64,000 nucleotides of DNA from a virus, in the IMG/VR virus record IMGVR_UViG_3300025449_000010, positions 1-64,000 of that record. One strand, 5' to 3'. Below the pieces are notes generated by a model. It saw nothing but the letters and a program-made list of their open reading frames with translations, was not told the origin of the DNA and made no database searches. The position numbers and the translations under genes were made by a program. Positions within the stretch are counted from its first letter, which is position 1, and every line of letters begins with the position of its first letter. Positions 31,107 through 41,700 of this stretch are shown here, one piece after another.

Positions 31107-31136
31107 AAGAGGCTGGAATACCAGCTTCTTTTTTTT
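31107..31136 (+). terminator. Rho-independent terminator after sheath-tube
   Basis: AAGAGGCTGG-AATA-CCAGCTTCTT followed by a T-run. Confidence 0.75.
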
Positions 31137-33185
31137 ATGAAAATATATACTCCAGAAGCACCAATACCGGCTGCAGTAGTTACCCTGGCATCCGGTAAGG
31201 ATCAGAGGCAATGTGCTCAGCCTATTATATTTAGTACATTACCTGGTGCCGCCCCCTATAGCAATACAGCACCATGGATGATTAAATCAGTAGATGTCAC
31301 CCTACTGAGAGACTGGAACTGCGGTCAGTTCAGTCTACTGCTGGCAATTCCCATGGGAGAAAAACTGGGTGCTGTACCCAAGATGCCCGATGTCAGTCAG
31401 TGGCGAGGACCCAAGAACAGCAAGGATGGTTATGTATATCTATCTCCAGAGGATGAAATACGGATATACATGGGATATGTGCCACCAGGTACTGCGGAAA
31501 TTACATATGACATGCTAGACTCAGTTCCCTTCACAGTGAAGGCCCATGATACGTATACCAGCGATCAAGTAGGCAAGACCCAGTCTCCTGCTATAAACTC
31601 TTCTCCAGATAAACCCCTGGCACCTGTCTTCTGGGGTTTCATAGATAGAATAGACTACATGATGGATGAGAAGGGTATTCAGTGTTTCATACAGGGTCGT
31701 GATAGAGTACGCGCCCTTATGGACACTAAAATACTTAATATAGATGCCTTCACAGGTTCTAGTGACATAGCTGAAATAGGTGGAAGTAAGACAGGAAGAC
31801 GTGAACAGATATTATTAGATGTAGCCAATGCTGCGGTAGGGAGTGTCTTAACTGGCGAAATAACTCTAAATGATCTTAAAAATACTCCCGGCTGCTGGCG
31901 TTATATAGTCAGGGGATATGAATTTCTGGGTTATCCATACGATAGCAGCACGGATAAGGCAAAAAATAGCAATAAATATCAAAAGACCAATATCAACGAT
32001 AGTTCAGATAGTGCAGCTCAGACAAGTGTTAGTCGCAATTTAATACCTGTTGAGGGTCCAGCACTGTGGTCTCTGACAGCATCAATGAGTCAAATACCAG
32101 ATGCAGCCTCCGCCACTGAGACATCTAGTATTAAATTTCATAGATGGGTGCAACGTCCACCTATTCAGAAGGGTGTAGGAGGCGTATATGAGGTATTCAA
32201 TAAGATTCCACTGGAGATTATTCACTATCTAGCCAATACTGAGGACAGTGTTACAGACTTCTACTGCAGCCATGTCAATGGGGAATTTGTCTTTGCTCCA
32301 TCATTCCTAGACATCAGTGGATTGCAAGATGAAGAGCGCAATTACCGTACCTACTACTTCTTAACCTCTCCTACTGGAAATTCTCCCTCCGCTGCTCAGA
32401 TGATTAAAAAACTGAGAGCCAGCACTACCAGTCTGGGTATGTATAATCGCTTCGCTGTCTTAGCATCTGGAAACAGTCAGGCAAGTGGCAGTACTGTCAA
32501 TGATCTTAAAGCCATACTAGATGCCTCACCTAATCTACTGAAGGGACGAGATGTTAATCCTCCCTGCCGCACTGTTGTAATACCTGAAGATAATCTAGAT
32601 CAAGCGCAATCAGTAACTGCCAATGCCATGAGCATGGCACTCAGCTATGCAGAAGTAATGGCCAGGGATTCATCTGGAGTTGCCTTCACCATAATGGGAG
32701 ATCCAACTTTCTTCCCAGGGGAAGCCGTAATTATATACAATACAGGTCTACATGACGATGGAGTAGAGGTAGCAGATATATCTAAAACTACTCTGGGTAT
32801 AGATTACTCTAAGTCAGTAATAAATTTTACACAGAACATCAACAGTCTCCTACCCCAGGGTACAGGTGAAGGTAATGGGGATAAGAATGTTACCAATCCC
32901 TTCCTGGTGTCAGCACTGAGTAATAAATTGGGTAAGGGAAAGTTGGATACTACTAATCCGTACAGTAAAGCTATAACCTGGGCACAGGGTGCTATCACAT
33001 CTCCTGACATGAAAGATACCTCAGGTAAATCAACTGGTGTAGCAGGTCCACTGGCTGTAGACAGAAACACGACTAATTCGAGTTGTCCACCTGTATATAA
33101 AATACGCTCTATCCGCCATGTATTAACTACAGCTGGATCTGATGCTGGATTTACAACTAGCCTATTGGGTACTACAGAGCTATGA
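31137..33185 (+). CDS. Baseplate hub protein (gp27/Mu gp44/late-control-D-like)
   Basis: EIRIYMGY, VFWGFIDRI...IQGRD, IMGDPTFFPGEAV and YKIRSIRH...GFTTSL motifs. Confidence 0.8.
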   Translation: MKIYTPEAPIPAAVVTLASGKDQRQCAQPIIFSTLPGAAPYSNTAPWMIKSVDVTLLRDWNCGQFSLLLAIPMGEKLGAVPKMPDVSQWRGPKNSKDGYVYLSPEDEIRIYMGYVPPGTAEITYDMLDSVPFTVKAHDTYTSDQVGKTQSPAINSSPDKPLAPVFWGFIDRIDYMMDEKGIQCFIQGRDRVRALMDTKILNIDAFTGSSDIAEIGGSKTGRREQILLDVANAAVGSVLTGEITLNDLKNTPGCWRYIVRGYEFLGYPYDSSTDKAKNSNKYQKTNINDSSDSAAQTSVSRNLIPVEGPALWSLTASMSQIPDAASATETSSIKFHRWVQRPPIQKGVGGVYEVFNKIPLEIIHYLANTEDSVTDFYCSHVNGEFVFAPSFLDISGLQDEERNYRTYYFLTSPTGNSPSAAQMIKKLRASTTSLGMYNRFAVLASGNSQASGSTVNDLKAILDASPNLLKGRDVNPPCRTVVIPEDNLDQAQSVTANAMSMALSYAEVMARDSSGVAFTIMGDPTFFPGEAVIIYNTGLHDDGVEVADISKTTLGIDYSKSVINFTQNINSLLPQGTGEGNGDKNVTNPFLVSALSNKLGKGKLDTTNPYSKAITWAQGAITSPDMKDTSGKSTGVAGPLAVDRNTTNSSCPPVYKIRSIRHVLTTAGSDAGFTTSLLGTTEL

Positions 33186-35101
33186 GCAGTCTACTATCCT
33201 ATGCAGAGAGTAATGCCTTCCGTTCTCAAAATAGCGTTAACTACTCCATACCCCAGGTTAAGGAGGCCTATGCAGGACTCACCTATGGTATAGTTCAGGC
33301 CTGCACCAGAGAAAACCATGCGCTCCAGGTCTATGATGTGATGCTGATGGAGGCAGGTGGAACTACCATATCTGCAGTTGCAATCAGCAGTATCACTGGT
33401 GGGGGCGGCGCCGGCGAATTTCGCAGACTACGTAAGGGCGATGTGGCTATAGTTGGATTCAGGAAGGGCAACCTGAATGAGGGCTACATACTGGGAATAC
33501 AGGCTGAAATACCTGGTAACTACAGTAATAGACTCAACCTGGGCTACATACCTCCAATCAGTGCTCAGTCCAGCAGCAGTGATCCCAAGTGGGGCACATC
33601 CACCTACAACACCAATGACCATGCCTCATTCCTGACTCATGGAATAGATGGACACTGGAATGGCTACAGCTCATATTTCAATGGTACCTATGATGATCCA
33701 CAGAATCACACCAGTCCAGTGGATGCCAAGACAGCATCACCTCAGTTCTCTGGGGTAGACTACCGTATCAATGGTGACAAGGTAACCTACTGCAATGGAG
33801 CCAATATAACCTATGCAGAGAGCAATATATCTGTGCTTCAGGGTACAACTGAGACTATTCAGACTCGCCTACTCAGTTTTGCCCGCTACTACTGTGACAG
33901 AGCTGCTGCCTATGTCGGCGGCACTCCCCTGACCATAGATGCAAACACCACCAGTCAGCAGGTCAAGGATCAGATAGCACCTCTGACTAAATCTCCAGCT
34001 GTCCCCACCATAGCCCCATCTGGGCTAGTTGGACGTGGGTTTTTCAGCCAGGCTCATCTGGCCATGCGGGAACTAGACCTATGTGCCGCCTTCATAGATG
34101 AGGCTCGTAATGCTGCTGCCTGCGGTGCAGTTCAGCAGGCCACCCTGGCTAACATGTCTAATTCAGCTGCTAATCCCACCAACCCCAGCAATCCTAATAC
34201 CCCACTCAATGTGGCAGCAGGTAATTTCAAGGCCTTCCTGAATACTGCTGTTCATGGATCAGTGCATCCTACAGATGGACAGAATCAGGTAAATCAAGAC
34301 ACTACAGGAGGTATGTGGTCTACTACTGGCAGACTGCAGTCTGTAACTAACAATATAATCATAGCCCCAGGGCATGCCGGTAACTGTGATGCTTCTGCCA
34401 ATGGCTGCCTATATTATGCTCCTCTTAACAGGGGAACACATAATTATAGTAGTATAAAATGGGGAAATGGTGCAAACGGAGCATTACAGACTGATGTCAC
34501 GTATATAGGTCATAATCGAACCCTGGAGAGTGCTATTCTTCAGATGCTCATGCCCTTGATGCAGAATGCACTACAGAATGCAGGCTTCAATGTATCCATA
34601 GTCAATGTGGATCTGGGACACGACTGGGATGAAGCCTTTGACATAATGCGGCAGAATGCTTCAGGCAACAATGCCTTCACCATAGAATTTCACTTCACTG
34701 ACTATAATGAATCTCAACACAGTGGAGTCTTACCGCCTAATATAGCAACTGGTACAGATAAAACCCTCAGTGGCAGCGGTATTAGCGCATACGATATAGC
34801 ATTATCTCAGGGTATAGATGGAATATCTGGATTTGGAGCCTATAGTCAGGACTGGAGAGACACTCTGGCTGGACCACGCCGTGGAGTTACGCTACTGGAA
34901 CTAGGAAGAATAAATGATCAGAATCTAGAAACACTGGTCAGAAGTGCCCTGGGAACACCCAATTCTGCCAGTGCGCAGCAGCAGGTGAATGCAATATTAA
35001 CCAGCTATTCTACTAAGGTAGCCAGTCTACTACAGGCTACCTATAAACTATACCAATCAAGTACAACTACTCCCAGCACTACCATAACTCCTGCCCCCTA
35101 A
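33182..35101 (+). CDS. Baseplate spike-type (gp5/gpV OB-fold) protein fused to N-acetylmuramoyl-L-alanine amidase (Amidase_3-like)
   Basis: N-terminal YGIV...GEFRRLRKGDVAIVGFRKGN..GYILG; C-terminal IIIAPGHAG...E...TIEFH...LLELG zinc-amidase motif order. Confidence 0.7.
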   Translation: MSSLLSYAESNAFRSQNSVNYSIPQVKEAYAGLTYGIVQACTRENHALQVYDVMLMEAGGTTISAVAISSITGGGGAGEFRRLRKGDVAIVGFRKGNLNEGYILGIQAEIPGNYSNRLNLGYIPPISAQSSSSDPKWGTSTYNTNDHASFLTHGIDGHWNGYSSYFNGTYDDPQNHTSPVDAKTASPQFSGVDYRINGDKVTYCNGANITYAESNISVLQGTTETIQTRLLSFARYYCDRAAAYVGGTPLTIDANTTSQQVKDQIAPLTKSPAVPTIAPSGLVGRGFFSQAHLAMRELDLCAAFIDEARNAAACGAVQQATLANMSNSAANPTNPSNPNTPLNVAAGNFKAFLNTAVHGSVHPTDGQNQVNQDTTGGMWSTTGRLQSVTNNIIIAPGHAGNCDASANGCLYYAPLNRGTHNYSSIKWGNGANGALQTDVTYIGHNRTLESAILQMLMPLMQNALQNAGFNVSIVNVDLGHDWDEAFDIMRQNASGNNAFTIEFHFTDYNESQHSGVLPPNIATGTDKTLSGSGISAYDIALSQGIDGISGFGAYSQDWRDTLAGPRRGVTLLELGRINDQNLETLVRSALGTPNSASAQQQVNAILTSYSTKVASLLQATYKLYQSSTTTPSTTITPAP

Positions 35102-35694
35102 TGCCTCTTAATTCTGTATACAATCCCATGCACTGGGGCAATTCCACTCCCAGAAAATGTCAGCCGGAGATAGTGGTATTACATGAAACCAATGTGTCCC
35201 TGGATGCTGCCCTGCAGTATCTGCGTAGACCTATCAATACCGGCTACCACTACATAGTTGCAGAATCCGGTGCCGCCCACCTACTCTGTCCAATAGATCG
35301 TCTCATATACGCCGCAACACCCTCTCAACATTCCAGATACGGCAGACACACAGACCTGGTGGCTGTGCATATAGCACTGGAGACCAGACGGGAGCGTGGC
35401 TACAGTGCCGCCCAATATCAGACCCTGTCAGACCTCCTCAATGCCCTGCAGCTCCCATCTGTATTCCACAGAGATATACATACTGGCATAGAGCCCCGGC
35501 TAGACCCCAGAGACTTTGACTACTCCCTACTGCCAACCAGTGACAATACTGACACAGGAATATACCTGACTCCTGAGCTAGATGCCATCCTCTATTCAGT
35601 CACAGGCACGCATGACCTGAGCTATCTAGACAGTCCAGATATTCCAGTTAAACTAATCCCAGTCAGAGAATATGCCCTTAACCGATCTAGGTAA
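35101..35694 (+). CDS. N-acetylmuramoyl-L-alanine amidase (Amidase_2/AmpD-like)
   Basis: IVVLHET, YHYIV, HIALE, YSAAQYQTL and HRDI...DPRDF. Confidence 0.85.
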   Translation: MPLNSVYNPMHWGNSTPRKCQPEIVVLHETNVSLDAALQYLRRPINTGYHYIVAESGAAHLLCPIDRLIYAATPSQHSRYGRHTDLVAVHIALETRRERGYSAAQYQTLSDLLNALQLPSVFHRDIHTGIEPRLDPRDFDYSLLPTSDNTDTGIYLTPELDAILYSVTGTHDLSYLDSPDIPVKLIPVREYALNRSR

Positions 35695-37060
35695 TGCCGT
35701 CATCAATAAGGCAGCTCAGCTCCCCTCCACCTGCCCTAACGGCGGACAGGGTCAGATGAAATTACCTGCAGACCAGGTAGAACAGGTCAGGTCTAACATC
35801 AATGCCCTGGCTGATAAGTATGGATGCTCAGCAGATGGACTGACTGCCATCATCGTCAATGAATGTAGTTTCGACTACAGGGAATGGGGTGGGAGCGGGG
35901 GCGTCTACTTCGGTTATTTCCAGTGGTGTTCATCCAACAGCGGTGACTGTGCAGGTGAATGGGTCAGGACTGGACTAGCCCGACTGGGACAGAGTCAGCA
36001 GATAAATAGTATAGCCACAGTCAACGGTGCCGCCCAGACTGCCCCAGGAGGCCCATGTGACAACTACCTGAGCTACAATATAGCGCAGTGTAAGGGAATC
36101 AATACCGCAGATATTGCCAGCATATACCTATTAATTCTCTCACCAGCCTACTGTAACTACGGCGATACCACGCCACTGCCAATAGCGGGACAGCAGTCAC
36201 CTAACCTATACGACAGTAATGGGCATATAACCAAGGTTCAGATCAGAGCTGCCCTGGAGAAGGGTGCTCAGGACTTCACTAAAAGCACAGCATCTCTGGG
36301 AACTGGGTCTGGAGTGAATAACGGTGCAGGTACCTACTCCAGTGGGAACAGTGCTGGCTCTAGCTCTATTCCAGTTATATACTTCAATCCCACCCCAGTA
36401 GATCCCTACTACCCCACCAAGGTAATCTGGCAGGGAAGATCCGTCAACAAGATAGTCAGGGCAGCAGGTGGAGGTAATCTGACCTATCCCGGCGCCGCCC
36501 CTCCATCCAGTCCAACTGCAGGACAGGGTAACTCCACATCACTGGGTAAGAATATACCTGCAATGCCAGCAGGCTTCGTACCCACTCCTGCAACCAAGGG
36601 CAGCTTCGGAGATCCCCTACCCCAGCCCTACATAGTGACCAGTGAGTTTGGCGTGAACCGGGGAACCCATATACATGCAGGATTAGACCTGGTACCATCA
36701 TCAAGAAATATATTCGAGACACCGGTACTGAGCGCCACATCAGGTGTAGTAATCAGTGCAGGCTATGAAGCGGACTACACTAATCCCAGAGGAACAACAA
36801 GATGCGATGCCATGTATGCTGGAAAGGGCTTCGGTAGCTTAATTACTGTATACACCTACAATACAGCTCCAGGTGCTCCTGCCTATATACTGTATGGACA
36901 TGTTCTCAGATGGGATGTGAAGGCTGGAGATATAGTAACTAAGGGACAACCAATAGGACTCGTAGGCTGTGAGGGCGATTCCACTGGAGCTCATCTACAC
37001 TTCCAGGTCAATGATTCCAACAATACCCCCATCAATCCCCATAACTACCTGTCGACATGA
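35672..37060 (+). CDS. Lysozyme-like domain plus M23 peptidase
   Basis: N-terminal IVNECSF...YFGYFQW (lysozyme-like); C-terminal HAGLDL, YGH and GDSTGAHLHFQV (M23). Confidence 0.85.
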   Translation: MPLTDLGNAVINKAAQLPSTCPNGGQGQMKLPADQVEQVRSNINALADKYGCSADGLTAIIVNECSFDYREWGGSGGVYFGYFQWCSSNSGDCAGEWVRTGLARLGQSQQINSIATVNGAAQTAPGGPCDNYLSYNIAQCKGINTADIASIYLLILSPAYCNYGDTTPLPIAGQQSPNLYDSNGHITKVQIRAALEKGAQDFTKSTASLGTGSGVNNGAGTYSSGNSAGSSSIPVIYFNPTPVDPYYPTKVIWQGRSVNKIVRAAGGGNLTYPGAAPPSSPTAGQGNSTSLGKNIPAMPAGFVPTPATKGSFGDPLPQPYIVTSEFGVNRGTHIHAGLDLVPSSRNIFETPVLSATSGVVISAGYEADYTNPRGTTRCDAMYAGKGFGSLITVYTYNTAPGAPAYILYGHVLRWDVKAGDIVTKGQPIGLVGCEGDSTGAHLHFQVNDSNNTPINPHNYLST

Positions 37061-37677
37061 GATCAGCAGTAACTAACTATGCCGCTTTCTACAGTAATGA
37101 TCCCAGCTATGACATGGATCACCTGGTCAGCCTGTCTGGGGGCGGCGCCGCCCAGGCATCCCTATTCAGTCAGCTCCTATCCTGGAATCTGACAGATGGG
37201 AATACAGGCTACCAGGACACCAATGCAGCCAAGGTGATGGCCATCACCCTGCCTCGTCAGATGAGAATAGCCATGCTGGGACTGTTGACCATGGTGGAGC
37301 TGAATATAGTAGCCAATAACTCCTCCATATCCTATATAGGCAGCACACCTGATCAACTCTATATACTCCAGGAGTCTATTCTCAATGAGATACCTAACCC
37401 GATAGTATCCAATATGCTCTCCGATGTAGGAAGTAACTATACAGAGCTAATGAACTATCTGTCTCTGGCGGCGCCGCCCACCACCTCTACCCCATACAGC
37501 GCAGTTAATAGCCTATTTCAACAGGCCAATTACAGTAATGATACCTATATGGGCATGGCAGTTAACAGTGATAATGTCACAGCAGCAGGACTACTCTGGG
37601 AATATTTTAACTACCCCAATCAGTTACTGCCCACTGTTCAGAACATAGTATCCACATATATCAGCAATACCCGATGA
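37057..37677 (+). CDS. Hypothetical baseplate-region protein
   Basis: 206-aa ORF, ATGA-coupled in the operon. Confidence 0.6.
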   Translation: MRSAVTNYAAFYSNDPSYDMDHLVSLSGGGAAQASLFSQLLSWNLTDGNTGYQDTNAAKVMAITLPRQMRIAMLGLLTMVELNIVANNSSISYIGSTPDQLYILQESILNEIPNPIVSNMLSDVGSNYTELMNYLSLAAPPTTSTPYSAVNSLFQQANYSNDTYMGMAVNSDNVTAAGLLWEYFNYPNQLLPTVQNIVSTYISNTR

Positions 37678-38789
37678 CATCTCCAATTCAATACCTAGAC
37701 CTGATACCAGTAGCTACTATTGATAATACCGATGTCAATCACCATGCTCAGCTAACACTGGGCATGGACATAGCATCTACTGTGACTCAGATTGGTACTC
37801 AGATAGCCAGGATGCAGTCCCAGGCAGGTTCTGATATCAACACTAATATATCCCTGGCAGCAGAAGCCCTGCTCTACACCCTGTACATTACCAGCACGAT
37901 AGCCACTCCTGATGCCCAGGGCCTGACACCACACTGGTCGAAGATCAGAAGCATCCCGATACTGCCAGATTCACAGACCCTAATTACCAGAATGCAGGGT
38001 TCAGGTAGTAACTGGGCAGGTACATATGGGAGTCTGGGTTACTACACAGTGCACTGCACGGTGCCGCCCTACATCCACTCTACTGCCCTGGTAGATATGG
38101 CTATCGGGCAGATGACATCGGTGTCTCTGTCACTGCAACCATGGGTAGCAGCTCGTACCTCCGACCTAGACCTCAATATCTACAACAGTCTCTTCCAGAT
38201 ACTATCACCTGTAACACCTGCCGTCAGGCTACTAGACTTCCTGCAGGTATGGGTAGAACCGCTACTGACCCAGACAGTAACTGAACCGACCCTACTGTCC
38301 ATACAGTCTGTACTCCGCAACTACGTCATCACCAGTTATGACCTGGATAGCTGGTCATGGAAAATGCTGCATTCCGCATTATCACCATCCATACAGTCAG
38401 CTATAGATGAAATCATCGGCTATGCCCTGAGACCTACTGCAGTATCTGATACCCCTGAGGGACAGTGGCTGCAGGCCCTATATGGCGCTATGCCATCAGG
38501 CAGCACATCCGGTATACTCAGCGATGCCAATCTATTCATATCTAACCTGACTCCTCCTGGGGGATTTAACCTGCTGTTGGTGGGCATAGCTGCTGACCTA
38601 CTGAATAGGGCAGTCATACAGCTAACCAATAGTACCACTATTACCAATTCAGTAGCCTACGAGCTATATCGGGCAGGACTACTCCTGCGCAGGTCTAATC
38701 TAGATATACTCGTGGCAATAGGACATAACCTGGGAATACTATCTCAGATACAGGACACATTACCAGTTCAGGTTAGGAGTCTATTATGA
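37674..38789 (+). CDS. Hypothetical baseplate-region protein
   Basis: 371-aa ORF, ATGA-coupled. Confidence 0.6.
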   Translation: MTSPIQYLDLIPVATIDNTDVNHHAQLTLGMDIASTVTQIGTQIARMQSQAGSDINTNISLAAEALLYTLYITSTIATPDAQGLTPHWSKIRSIPILPDSQTLITRMQGSGSNWAGTYGSLGYYTVHCTVPPYIHSTALVDMAIGQMTSVSLSLQPWVAARTSDLDLNIYNSLFQILSPVTPAVRLLDFLQVWVEPLLTQTVTEPTLLSIQSVLRNYVITSYDLDSWSWKMLHSALSPSIQSAIDEIIGYALRPTAVSDTPEGQWLQALYGAMPSGSTSGILSDANLFISNLTPPGGFNLLLVGIAADLLNRAVIQLTNSTTITNSVAYELYRAGLLLRRSNLDILVAIGHNLGILSQIQDTLPVQVRSLL

Positions 38790-41700
38790 GTAATACGTTT
38801 GACCTATCTCTGCTGTCAAATCCTAATGGGAGTGTAGAATCCGCTACTGCCAATATTGATTGGGCAGCCGATAGTGGAGCACCATACATTACTCCCAACC
38901 CAGCACCAGATTCCCTGGCAGATAAGCTAAAAACAGCCCTGGTGGGTGCTCCAGTTACCCTGGATCAGACAATGGCTATGCTCAATAGTGCTGGAGATGC
39001 CAATTCTGTTACCTACGACACTGTGACATCCACACTCCAGAGTACATCAGCCCAGGCAGATGGATCTAATGGTCCTCAGCAGGCATCTACACAGATAATA
39101 GCTGAGGTACTCAAGGCTCTCAATCCACAGTGTGACCTGGCTAATGCTGCTACAAATAGTATCAGTAATGCCAACTCCATCCTGACTGATGCTGTGACAT
39201 CTGCACAGCTACTGGGCGGCACCCTATCTACTAACCCGAATAGTACACTCAACACCAGTAATACTCCCAGTGCCGCCTCTACCGCAGCTGCAGGTACTCT
39301 AGTTACAACTGCCACTGATCCAACCTTCACCTCATTACCTATACAGGCCAGTAATGACACCCCTACTGTCTCATCTACTGTAGATACCGCCGCCTCTGCA
39401 GTATCATCTTCCAGTAGTTCCTCTATAGACAGTCAAATTCAGGTAGACACCTCCAATATCCAGAGCTATCTAAATAAATCAGTAGCTACTGCCACTGACT
39501 CACTCAAGGCAATGGTAACTGCACTGGGTCAGGTAGGCGGCACCAACTATACAGTCAGTAACGTTAATATAGCTAAACATGATCACAGCATTACCCATGT
39601 TGAGGGTAGTCAGGTATCTAATGCCTATCACTATGAAGTTAACTCCAGTAATCACAGCGTACAGGCATCTAATTACAATTTAATATCGGATTCCATATAC
39701 AGAACATCATCCCAGTTCTTCGAGCAACATGATGCCAAGGTAACAACCGTAGCAGGAGACAGTAACAGTTTTCATGGTGGAGCTCATAACACCAACGCCA
39801 AGACGCATAATGTAGTGGCTGTAGAAACCTCTACGCATACCAGCGGAGATCATACTGTTCAGGTCAATAATAATCTAACTCATAATGTTGGCGGAGATAT
39901 ACTGCATACTGCAGCCAGTATCTCTCAGATGTCTACGGGTAATTACAGCATAGTCAATGGGTCTAGTTATTCAGTCAATACCATTGTCGGACTTAATCTA
40001 TTGGGAAGTGGGGATAGTACTTCATTGAAGGCGTCCAACAGCACTGCTACCAATACTCTCAGTACTGCTGCCAACGCTGCCAGCACACTTACTGGAAACA
40101 TATCTCATAATCTCTTCTCACTACTGGGTATCAACTCCACCTGGCTAAATTCTCTGGGTGCAGTCAGTAATGTACTGGGTGGCGGCACCATTCATCTGAC
40201 TGATAATTTCAATCCATTCAGTATACTGCAAGGCATCATCAGCGTTGGTAGTCTGATTCCGACTGACCTGATAGGATTACTGTCTCTGGCTAATCCCAAT
40301 ATTCTTCGGCAGATACCATTACTACGTACACTCACTTCTGATATTCTCAAAGGCTGCAATAAAGCTCCTGCAAGTAAGAATAGTACTAGTAAGCAGCCTA
40401 CTCTTGGAACTTTTACTGGATCTAGCGCTACTTTGTCTAATTTTCAAAGTACAGATCCAACTAAAACTACAGTGAATAATAGCACGGCTAAATCAACTAG
40501 CTCTAAGAAACCTACGCCAGGAGGTTCACCTGCTATTGATCTAACTTCAGCTAATAAAAATGTAGCCATTAATCCAGTTGGCTGTTATAACAGTAATCCC
40601 ACCAATATATATTGTGAATGGACTCTGCCTAGTAGTGGCGACAGTTCTCCTGCAAATTCCGACAATGGAGTTGTAGATGCAGTTCCCACTCTTAATTTAT
40701 CAATACCGGACTACATTAGGGCCCTTACCGGTAATTCCACAGCAATTGCCTTTCTGAGTAAAGACGCCAATACAGCTAATAAAATAAATAACTACATTTC
40801 TGCATTAAATACATCCTTAGATGATGCTATTACCAATTACAATCTTCCAATAAATATAAGAACAGAACTAGAAAAGCCCTATTCTATAGGTACTGCTGGT
40901 ACTGTAGAATTAATTGCTATCTTATCTTTTTTATATCAGAATCAGCCTCTAACTGCCGTAGACATTACAGAAATTAATCTCACTCAGCAGGGAATAAGTC
41001 CATCCGATGCAAACATAATAATAAACCTATTTAACGGAAGTATGGCTGCTAACCTACTCCAAGCAGCCAATTATGCTATTTCTAACGTAAATACTACTAT
41101 TCAACAGGCAGTCAGTCCATCAACTACAGGTATTAATGCTGGTGGAGGATTATTTGGCAGCAGTAACAGTAATAGTCAAATTAATATAGGAGGTTATAAC
41201 TATTCTGTCAGCAATTTTAATCTATATAGCCAAGCTAATCCTACTTTAAATCTTACTAGTCCCCAGAACTTAGTTGCATCAGTATTGGGCGATATTAATT
41301 CGTTAAATCAGACTAGCCCTGTTCTTAATGCCTTAAATATCAACCCCACTAACTATATAGATCAAATAAATGCCATAACCAATGGTGATCTTACAAGCAA
41401 TACAATTCAATTAACTTTAAACAGTGCCGCCGCCTCCACTCCTCAAAACAATACGCTTGGATTATCTCCGCAGTCTATATTAGTATTTAATGCAGTTAAA
41501 GACAGTATTAATCAGACGCTTTCTCAGACCTACCCCTCATCTACGACTAATAAAATAGTCAATGCCCTAGGCAGTATTACTCTGGGAAGTGCTCAGCAGG
41601 ATCTCAACAGTATAAGCAAATTACTAACTAGCTCTGGCATTATTCCATCTCAGGCAATCAGTATCGCCAGTAAGGTTCTCCCCATAGCTACTACCCTGGC

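Noticed and set aside
30912-31139. TAG read-through or alternative genetic code (frame from ATG 30912 reaches the hub gene with only two TAG stops)
   Set aside because: Major genes such as capsid, sheath and portal end in TAG and long ORFs are intact in the standard code; a terminator lies in this interval
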